Positions 49,165-64,000 of a DNA stretch of 64,000 nucleotides are shown here, piece by piece. The notes under the pieces were generated by a model. It ran no database searches. It worked only from the letters and a program-made list of their open reading frames with translations, and was not told the DNA's origin. The DNA comes from Macrostomum lignano (lineage: Eukaryota): positions 62,001 to 126,000 of the forward strand of contig NIVC01002712.1 of assembly GCA_002269645.1 (NCBI GenBank), given 5' to 3'. Position numbers and translations under genes: made by a program. Every line of letters begins with the position of its first letter. The stretch's first letter is position 1.

Positions 49165-49700
49165 AGGGGCTTTAGCACCAGGGGCTTTAGCACCAGGGGC
49201 TTTAGCACCAGAGGCTTTAGCACCAGGGGCTTTAGCACCAGGGGCTTTAGCACCAGGGGCTTTAGCACCAGGGGCTTTAGCACCAGGGGCTTTAGCACCA
49301 GGGGCTTTAGCACCAGGGGCTTTAGCACCAGGGGCTTTAGCACCAGGGGCTTTAGCACCAGGGGCTTTAGCACCAGGGGCTTTAGCACCAGGGGCTTTAG
49401 CACCAGGGGATTTAGCACCAGGGGCTTTAGCACCAGGGGATTTAGCACCAGGGGCTTTAGCACCAGGGGATTTAGCACCAGGGGCTTTAGCACCAGAGGC
49501 TTTAGCACCAGGGGCTTTAGCACCAGGGGCTTACCACCAGGGGCGCCAGCACCAGGGGCGCCAGCACCAGGGGCTCCAGCACCAGGGGCGCCAGCACCAG
49601 GGGCGCCAGCACCAGGGGCTCCAGCACCAGGGGCGCCAGCACCAGGGGCGCCAGCACCAGGGGCTCCAGCACCAGGGGCGCCAGCACCAGGGGCGCCAGA
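49165..49700. repeat. 15-bp minisatellite GGGGCTTTAGCACCA grading into GGGGCGCCAGCACCA
   Basis: About 35 copies; the same units recur at 56737-56790. Confidence 0.95.
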
Positions 49701-49954
49701 ACGTTTTTTTTAATGTTGAACGGCCTTCAATGGTCGACAACGCGAATCGCTCGACTTCTTCGTTTCGCCTTTAATTTGTCAGATCTTCGCTGAAGCTGGT
49801 GTTGCACTGTTGCAGTCGGTGAACAGTTTCTTCAAGCGACCTTGTAGTACTCAACCCCATGAGCTGCTGCTGGAAGTTGCAAATAAGATATACGCAAATG
49901 GGTTTTTTAAGTTTTTACCTGGCTCAGCATCTAATAGCCAAGGACAAGGAGACT

Positions 49955-50200
49955 ATATGAATCTATTTGAATCTATGGGAATAATCACTGAGAATCTATG
50001 GGAATGTTCAATGGGAATCTATGGGAATAATCAATAAGATTCTATGGGAATAATCAATGGGAATCTATGGGAATCTATGGGAATAATCAATAGGAATCTA
50101 TGTGAATAATTAATAATAATCTATGGGAATAATCAATGGGACTCTATGGGAATCTATGGGGGGTCAATTGGGAATGTTTAGGAATCTATGGGAATCTCAG
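49955..50200. repeat. Degenerate GGGAATCTAT/GGGAATAATCA repeat
   Basis: Visible; lies in the putative last intron of cGLR2. Confidence 0.75.
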
Positions 50201-50325
50201 AAAGTTTCTAGGAGTCCCTAGCTCCCAGTCCAGTGGAAGTTCTAGGTGTCCCTGGCTCCCAGTCCAGTGTGAGTTCTAAGAGTCCCTAACTTCTGCACGG
50301 GGAGTTTTTACACGATAAAAGTAAC

Positions 50326-55865
<5,540 letters not shown>

Positions 55866-56289
55866 TATCAATAACTATATTCTGCGCAATTCAGCTGCCT
55901 CTGTAGATAAGTGGTGTCTCTCCCGTGTGTTTACTGGGACAATTGAACTGGAGCCTATAATGGCCCCTAGGGTTCACGTGGGCTCCTATGGCGTTTAATA
56001 AGGAACATTGTAGTAATTGCAATTTACTAAACCTCAACTACATCACTGTATGTACTATTTATGGGATTTATATGCTTGCAACTAAGCGGTATGTACGTAT
56101 ATCACGGTACTATAAGGGTGACAATGCACTGTCTAAGAGGGTACTAAAAGCGTAATCGATGTAAATGATTCATATTATGGAGTTTGTCATGTTTTCTGGG
56201 TGATTAAAACGATTAAGCTGAAAATAGAACTGACTCGATTCGTTTCATTTCATTGGAGGGGTAAGAGCACCTTTTGAGTCGACTAAATT

Positions 56290-56790
56290 TCATTATCAAG
56301 GGCGCCATTTTAATATCAAGGGTGCCATTTCAATATCAAGGGTGCCATTTCAATATCAAGGGCGCCATTTCAATATCAAGGGTGCCATTTCAATATCAAG
56401 TGTGCCATTTCAATATCAAGGGTGCCATTTCAATATCAAGGGTGCCATTTCAATATCAAGGGCGCCATTTCAATATCAAGGGTGCCATTTCAATATCAAG
56501 GGTGCCATTTCAATATCAAGGGTGCCATTTCAATATCAAGGGTGCCATTTCAATATCAAGGGCGCCATTTCATATCAAGGGCGCCATTTCATATCAAGGG
56601 CGCAATTTCAGTATCAAGGGCGCCATTTCATATCAAGGGCGCCATTTCAGTATCAAGGGCGCCATTTCAATATCAAGGGCGCCATTTCAGTATCAAGGGC
56701 GCCATTTCAGTATCAAGGGTGCCATTTCAATATCAAGGGCTTTAGCACCAGGGGCGCCAGCACCAGGGGCGCCAGCACCAGGGCGCCAGA
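56290..56790. repeat. 20-bp minisatellite ATATCAAGGGTGCCATTTCA ending in GGGGCGCCAGCACCA units
   Basis: About 22 copies. Confidence 0.95.
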
Positions 56791-58265
56791 ACCGCACAAT
56801 TAATATTTACCATAATTATTTACGTAATTTTACAGTTCTCTGAAAATATTCAAATGATAATAGTACGAGCCATTGCACCTAGGATAGGGCACGTAGCTCA
56901 ACGCCCTTTGATGACATATCGTTCTACATCAAGCGCAGAAGCGATTCTGACCATTCCGCTGACTGCATGCAAGCGTGCCAATACTGTACACAGGCCACGC
57001 ACTGATGCACATTGCTCACACAGGGTGCAGCGGCCCTGAATAATTCTAATTGGTCGGCACATCTTCAAATCTCTTTCTATATGTTTTTATTGCTTAATGA
57101 GCGTTGCCGCGCGCAAAGAATCGTCAAACCAAAAGTTGTGGCCGCTGCTGAGAGCTGCTCTGCCCCAAAAGATGCGTGAGTCACCCGCAGTTAATTTACG
57201 CAAATTTTGCTGCTTTACTGCCGCAGCCTATGCGTGGGACAGTGTACTCGTGGCTATAGTTGAAATAGATTTTAACTAGATGCCGAGGCATCTCTGAATC
57301 AATGCAAAGCATATAGTTACTCCTGCTGTTTACTCAGATGTACATGTAGGCGAGCTCTTTGCCGAAGGTCTCAGAGGTGAGCAAGCTGAGGATAAAAAAA
57401 ATTAAGTGCCACTAATAAAACTTTTTAAACAGCTTTCAGTGGTCCAATATTCCAATGCCGATAAGATACAGTCTCTTAAAAAATTCAGCCGTACAATAAA
57501 TACTCTGTGTCTATATCCTTAATTATCTTGCCCATGAGGAGGCTGAACTCAATACAGCTTATACTACGTACGTTACAGATCAACGTTTGTTGTTTCAGAA
57601 GGCCAACCTTCTTTATTGTCATTATCCATGAGGTTTACAATTTCTAAGCATTTCTAAGTTTATTAAAAGGTCTCTGCAATCATATAATATCTAGGATAAT
57701 TTTTGGATCCATGGATTTATTTACATATTTACAGTGTAACTATAATCAGAAAAAGCATTTTCTGGCTAAAAACATGACTTTTACCGCTTTAACTTAGTGT
57801 ATTTGGATAAAAAACGAGAAAAACTTCCGGGAAATACGAGTTTCGCGTCTTCCTATGAGAGTATCTTTTGACAAAGGTCGAACTCGGAACTTCCGATATT
57901 TTAGTTTTAGTCTCCGGCTTACTATGCGATTAATTTTAAGCATTAAAACAAACAATATATGCAAGTAAATTATAACCACAAAGCAAGGACTGTGTTTAAA
58001 CTAATAAAGCTGATAATTTATAAAGTATTTTTTTAAATGTTTAATTACCAACGATTTTAATCTGCTCTTAGGCGTCAAAGAAACTTTTCAACTGGAAAAA
58101 TCGGGCATAATTATACAATTTTTTGTCGGATTTAAAAAGCTTTTAAATTTCAAGGTTAACTTTCAGGACAAATTCCAGCCGAAAAGTTATGCTAATTGAA
58201 ACCCCGTGAATCCAATTGATACTTATTTTAGGGTCCGTTTTTATTTCAAATCATCAATAACAATA

Positions 58266-59218
58266 ATGGACGAAATCATTACTAATCGCACGTTGTCGTT
58301 TTGGAAAGCAATTTCCTCGCAGGTAAAAAACTGCTGGCAACTGGCTTAATAAAATTCATTTTTCTGGCCTATTATCGCTTTTAGTACTCTTTTTCGATAA
58401 AAATTTGCTATGCCAAGAGTGATCTATGTTTAAAGATTTGTATTGTATATCATTGACTTATGACTATTATTATTAGTACTTACATATATAGCTTAAGTAA
58501 CCACTAACATGAAATTTAGTATTAAATAAAGCCTATCAAATTTTATATTTTATAGATCATTTTTTTGTAAATTTAAGGCCTGCTACACTTTCATTATTCA
58601 AAGCCTACTCAATTTTTAAAAAAATCTACTTTTAATTGTTTACATGGTCTCTTTTTTATCATAGATACCTTAGCTTTTGAAAATTTGAAAATGTCTCTTT
58701 ATTTTAATGAATAATTTTTTTACTAAAAATTCTACTTTTTAAATAAACTGAATGAATTTATCTTCGACTACAAAATAAGAAAATAATCTGATGAACTGAG
58801 CGAGAGAATTCATCATAGACTAAAATGATATAAACATTATCAATATTCCATGCGTTAAAATTCAATTTAGTAGTTTTTGGGATTTTATAATCAAACCCTA
58901 TTCCCAACAGGTCAGCATCGTCTCCAACGCATGCGCCTTGGAGTTCGGTGCCGCGGCCACCGCCGACAGCGCCGACTTTACGTCGCCAACAGCTGCAGAT
59001 CCGACAGCTGCGGGCAGCTCAACGCGTCGGGCCCGGGTTCTGACCGCGCTCGAGCGGCTGGTGTACTTTCTCACGGATGACAAGCTGGCCGCCAATTTGG
59101 AGCTTGGAAACTCCAACTACAGAATAGTAGAAAATCGAGATGATGAAGCTTTTGATGGAGCTGAGGAAACTGGACAGTTTGAGCACAGTGCTCAGCCTGC
59201 TGCTGTGAGTTTGAGTTA

Positions 59219-59312
<94 letters not shown>

Positions 59313-59313
59313 G

Positions 59314-59356
<43 letters not shown>

Positions 59357-59384
59357 GTCTATCTGTCTATCTATTCATCTATCC

Positions 59385-59452
<68 letters not shown>

Positions 59453-59453
59453 G

Positions 59454-59484
<31 letters not shown>

Positions 59485-59512
59485 GTCTATCTGTCTATCT
59501 ATTCATCTATCC

Positions 59513-59563
<51 letters not shown>

Positions 59564-62500
59564 CCCCCTTTCCCACAGTCCCAGGTTGCCAAGGAGGTGA
59601 AGAGCGCCTGTCACGTATTGAAATCGCCCAGTCTACTCGAGTCCCAGTCTGAGAGGCTGGCTGCCTACAGACGAGTCAAACGGGCCCTGGAGAAGGTGGC
59701 TGAGTTCGCTGAGAAGGTAAAAGTAGACGTTGTGAATTATTATATAGTAACTGTTTAACTATAATCTACCTGTTAGACATAAGTATCTACATGTTAGACA
59801 TAAGTATCTACCTGTTAGACATGCTGTCTACCTGTTAAACCCCCAATTTCAGACCATATCTAACAGCTACAGACAGCTGGTATCGCCCGTGCTCGAGTGT
59901 CTCGCTGAAAGTCGCAACCTGCTGCAATCCATGGAGAAAGAAATTAGCATGAGAGAGTTGGTGTTACTGCTGACTGTAAGATCTTTTATAAGATCTGTGT
60001 TGAACTTAACTTCTCTTAAGGCACTTAGGGGTGCCACAACATCACTAGGGAATGCCACAAGGTCAGTAGGGGATGCCATGAAGTGAATAGAAGGGAGGGA
60101 CGCCACAAGGTCAGTAGGGGATGCCATGAAGTGAATAGAAGGGAGGGACGCCACAAGGTCAGTAGGGATGCCATGAAGTGAATAGAAGGGAGGGACGCCA
60201 CAAGGTCAGTAGGGGATGCCATGAAGTGAATAGAAGGGAGGGACGCCACAAGGTCAGTAGGGGATGCCATGAAGTGAATAGAAGGGAGGGACGCCACAAG
60301 GTCAGTAGGGGATGCCATGAAGTGAATAGAAGGGAGGGACGCCACAAGGTCCGGTTAGAAGTGGAACCCATAATCCACCACCAGAAAAGTAATAATCGCC
60401 ACATTCTCCGTAAATCTATTCAACGTTTTCAATCAGCCGATATGTATCGAAAAGCTGAATTACCCTGTTGCCCGACCAGCCATTCACGGAGCGACTGCAG
60501 ACTTTGCACGTTCAACTCGCCGACCTGCTGAGCCAACTGCGCCACCCAGCTCGGGTGCACTCAGCTCTGGCCCGCCTCCAACTGCTCAGACGGCTCCTGC
60601 CTCAGCTCAACTCGGCTCTGCAGTCGGCTGTGATGCAGCCCGCCAGCACCACCGCTGGCACCGCGAAATGTGAGCTACTGGCTCGGGCCCTTGAACTGGT
60701 CGACGGCATCGAAGCAGCTTTGATGGCCAGCTCGCAGGCGGGCACCGCCGCTGCCGCCTCCACCGCTGGGTCTTTGGCTGGCGGTGGCATCTTCGTTGAG
60801 AGCGGGCACTTTGTGCTCAATGTTGATGAGGTTTGGGATGCTGAATTCCTAATTCTTTAATTTCTACCTTCTTCCCTTTCGTTCTCCTTTCATTAATACC
60901 TCCCTTCATTCTTATATTCCTTCATTCTACCTCCATTCCAATATCCCTTCATTCCAATATCCCTTCATTCCAATCTCCCTTCATTCCAATCTCCCTTCAT
61001 TCCTATCTCCCTTCATTCCCATCTCCCTTCATTCCTATCTCCCTTCATTCCAATCTCCCTTCATTCCCATCTCCCTTCATTCCTATCTCCCTTCATTCCC
61101 ATCTCCCTTCATTCCTATCTCCCTTCATTCCCATCTCCCTTCATTCCTATCTCCCTTCATTCCCATCTCCCTTCATTCCTATCTCCCTTCATTCCCATCT
61201 CCCTTCATTCCAATCTCCCTTCATTCCAATCTCCCTTCATTCCAATCTCCCTTCATTCCTATCTCCCTTCATTCCCATCTCCCTTCATTCCAATCTCCCT
61301 TCATTCCCATCTCCCTTCATTCCTATCTCCCTTCATTCCCATCTCCCTTCATTCCCATCTCCCTTCATTCCCATCTCCCTTCATTCCAATCTCCCTTCAT
61401 TCCCATCTCCCTTCATTCCAATCTCCCTTCATTCCCATCTCTCTTCACTTCTATCTCCCTTCATTCCTATCTCCCTTCATTCCCATCTCCCTTCATTCCC
61501 ATCTCCCTTTATTCCTATCTCCCTTCATTCCCATCTCCCTTCATTCCTATCTCCCTTCATATCTATTCTTGTCCCTTCATTGTTTTCTCTATTCCTACCA
61601 CATCAATCTTCTACCTTGTTAAAACAGGATCTACCTATCAAGTTAAACCCCCCCCAATTTTCCCCGTCAGCTGATCTTCTGTCTAAACGAAGCCAACCGT
61701 CATTTTCTTCGGCCGTCAAAGCTGGAACGTTTGGCGAATTCTTTTCTGCGTCACGTGACCGCAGTTTGCGACCTGCTGCCTGCTGATGAGGCCGGAGCTA
61801 CTCAGGCTGCGGCCAGGGAGGTGAGTTGGGGAGACTGGATGATGATGGAGTTGAGGAGTTTTGAAGACTGGGAGATGATGAAGCTAACAAGGAGGCTGGG
61901 CGATGATGAAGCTAGTAAAGAGACTGGGTGATGATGGAGCTAATAGAGTCTAGGCGATGATGTAGCTAATAAGGAGACTGGGAGATGATGAAGCTAATAA
62001 AGAGACTGTGTAATGATGAAGCTAATGAGACTGGGCGATGATGACGACTGAGCTAAGGAATCTGGATCTCTGGTTGATGAAGCTAAACATTTATATCCTC
62101 AACGATAATCTCGCCAGTTCGACGAGCTGAAGGACTCGCTGCTGATGCTGCTGAACTCGTCCGAAGCGGCGGACGACGCATCCGCAATGTCGGACTTCAA
62201 CGGTCTGTGCGACTCACTTGCGGAGCAGTGCAAGCTGATCGAGGCGGGAGTTAATGAGGCTCTGGTGGGCCTGCTGGTGCACGCCTTCAACGATGCCGCG
62301 GTGCCGCTTGAGCGGCTCTGCCTGCAGCTGATGCAGCGGCCTGGCGAACCGGTGAGGAAACAGGGAAAAGTACATTTTGCTAGGAAAAGTACATTTTGCT
62401 AGGAAAAGTACATTCTAAAAGGAAAAGTACATTTTGATAGGAAAAGTACATTTTGCTAGGAAAAGTACATTCTAAAAGGAAAAGTACATTTGATAGGAAA

Positions 62501-63866
62501 ACTATATTCTGATAGAAAAAGTACATTTTGCTAGGAAAAGTACATTCTAAAAGGAAAAGTACATTTTGATAGGAAAAGTAAAACCTGATAGGAAAAGTAC
62601 ATTCTAAAAGGAAAAGTACATTCTGCTAACTACCAAAAGTACATAATTATCGAAGAAAGTACATTCCTCTTCAAGAAATCAATATTTATGATATGAATAA
62701 AAAATCGTGACAATTAATAAACTGCTTCGAAAATCTTCAGAACCGCCAGTCATCAGCAGGTGGGTCAGCCGCGCCCTACTCAGACTTGAGTTCGACCTGG
62801 CTGAGCTCCTTGTACGCAGATTTTGAAGAGAAATTTGCCACCATGGCTCGGGTAGTGAAATTTGCATCAGCTTCATGCGACAATCCGAAAGGTGAGAAAT
62901 TCTGTTATGAAGCTGAGGTGATGAAGATTCAGTGAAGCTGAGGTGATGAAGATTCAGTGAAGCTGAGGTGATGAAGATTCAGTGAAGCTGAGGTGATGAA
63001 GATTCAGTGAAGCTGAGGTGATGAAGATTCAGTGAGGCTGAGGTGATGAAGATTCAGTGAAGCTGAGGTGATGAAGATTCAGTGAAGCTGAGGTGATGAA
63101 GATTCAGCGAAGTTGAGGTGATGAAGATTCAGTGAAGCTGAGGTGATGAAGATTCAGTGAAGCTGAGGTGATGAAGATTCAGCAAAGTTGAGGTGATGAA
63201 GATTCAGTGAAGCTGAGGTGATGAACATTCAGTGAAGCTGATGTGATGAAGATTCAGTGAAGCTGAGGTGATGAAGATTCAGTGAAGCTGAGGTGATGAA
63301 GATTCAGTAAAGCTGATGTGATGAAGATTCAGTGAAGCTGAGGTGATGAAGATTCAGTGAAGCTGAGGTGATGAAGATTCAGTGAAGCTGATGTGATGAA
63401 GATTCAGTGAAGCTGAGGTGATGAAGATTCAGTGAAGCTGAGGTGATGAAGATTCAGTGAAGCTGATGTGATGAAGATTCAGTGAAGCTGAGGTGATGAA
63501 GATTCAGTGACTATATGAAGCAGTGAACACATTATGCAAAAGTGACATGCTCAGGGGTCACGAGAATGGGCATGACTGCTCTCGCCATCAACATAGCTGG
63601 CCTCTCTCTCTCTTCAAAAAACTGAAATTCGGCAGACATCAAAGAGATCGCCAACGGAATGCGAGACTGCGAGAGGCTGCATTCGGAAATCTCCGCTGCA
63701 ATTTCGCCTCTGGCAGCTGGCAGATGGTCCTGGGGCCTCCAGCAGCAGCAGCAGCAGCAGCCTGAGTTTTTGGCCGACCTGCGCACGAGCTGGTCTCGAG
63801 CTGTCACTCACCTGACCTGCGTGCTGGATAGAGTGGTGGATCCCGAGCTTCTGCTGGAGATTAATG
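58266..63866 (+). CDS. Vinculin/alpha-catenin superfamily helical-bundle protein (serendipity-alpha/alpha-catulin-like), partial; exons 58266-58322, 58911-59204, 59579-59716, 59877-59975, 60480-60830, 61671-61820, 62118-62351, 62741-62891, 63636-63866
   Basis: All nine exons have GT-AG boundaries and close in phase. Motifs [24 protein letters not shown]...[13 protein letters not shown] and W...V..L...LDRVVDP resemble alpha-catenin/Sry-alpha middle domains. Continues beyond the window. Confidence 0.75.
59220..59562. repeat. Intronic (CTAT)n microsatellite
   Basis: Directly visible. Confidence 0.98.
60050..60350. repeat. Intronic ~57-58-bp tandem repeat x~5
   Basis: GCCACAAGGTCAGTAGGGGATGCCATGAAGTGAATAGAAGGGAGGGAC-containing units. 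Confidence 0.9.
60940..61560. repeat. Intronic 17-bp pyrimidine-rich minisatellite ATCTCCCTTCATTCC(C/T/A)
   Basis: About 35 copies. Confidence 0.95.
62370..62660. repeat. Intronic ~20-bp repeat GGAAAAGTACATTTTGCTA
   Basis: About 13 copies. Confidence 0.9.
62910..63510. repeat. Intronic 25-bp minisatellite GTGAAGCTGAGGTGATGAAGATTCA
   Basis: About 24 copies. Confidence 0.97.
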
Positions 63867-64000
63867 GTGAGAATTTCGGGGGGCTTCTGGTTTCTATACC
63901 GAACACAGATCACAGCATAGCAAACACGTAAAAACTAGATTTTATGCCTTAGCAACCATCAGATACACCCTAATAACTTACCATACTAGCAACTGTAAAT

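Noticed and set aside
44006-49740. Repeat-peptide ORFs (SLGGCHV, SHGISATPPL, KPLVL, WRPWC; also 56274-56843, 59867-60531)
   Set aside because: Translations of minisatellites, open in multiple frames and strands, with no unique coding flanks.
56854-57400. Short ORFs and exon-like segments upstream of the catenin-like gene
   Set aside because: Splice phases could not be closed to exon 58911, while ATG 58266 closes cleanly; no recognisable motif.
59130-59204. Alternative frame [23 protein letters not shown] in exon 2 of the catenin-like gene
   Set aside because: It looks more helical but needs two compensating indels; the frame as sequenced already closes, so it was not adopted.

Overview
Eukaryotic (animal) genomic DNA with spliceosomal introns. 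Almost every long intron is filled by a mini- or microsatellite. The style fits a free-living flatworm such as Macrostomum, but that is inference, not a database result. From left to right: (1) a minus-strand gene whose second exon is a >2.5 kb Ala/Pro/Ser repeat running off the window; (2) a fibrinogen-domain (FReD) terminal exon whose stop codon is interrupted by a complete 10.3 kb EnSpm/CACTA-type transposon (transposase plus DUF4806-like ORF2, with a hAT MITE and a long-TIR element carrying a 183-bp array nested inside); (3) two head-to-tail non-autonomous Helitrons, one hosting a very young Gypsy LTR element (575-bp LTRs) that has an extra, non-env ORF3; (4) a 5.4 kb hAT-like element with a 10-exon transposase; (5) a candidate innate-immune cluster of two tandem genes that, by splice-phase analysis, each encode an ankyrin-repeat domain fused to a Mab-21/cGAS-like (cGLR) nucleotidyltransferase, flanking an inverted pair of near-identical genes for a 75-aa secreted peptide; (6) a 9+-exon vinculin/alpha-catenin-superfamily gene. 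Several reading frames are broken by single-base indels in homopolymers, probably assembly errors. No rRNA, tRNA or CRISPR array was seen.
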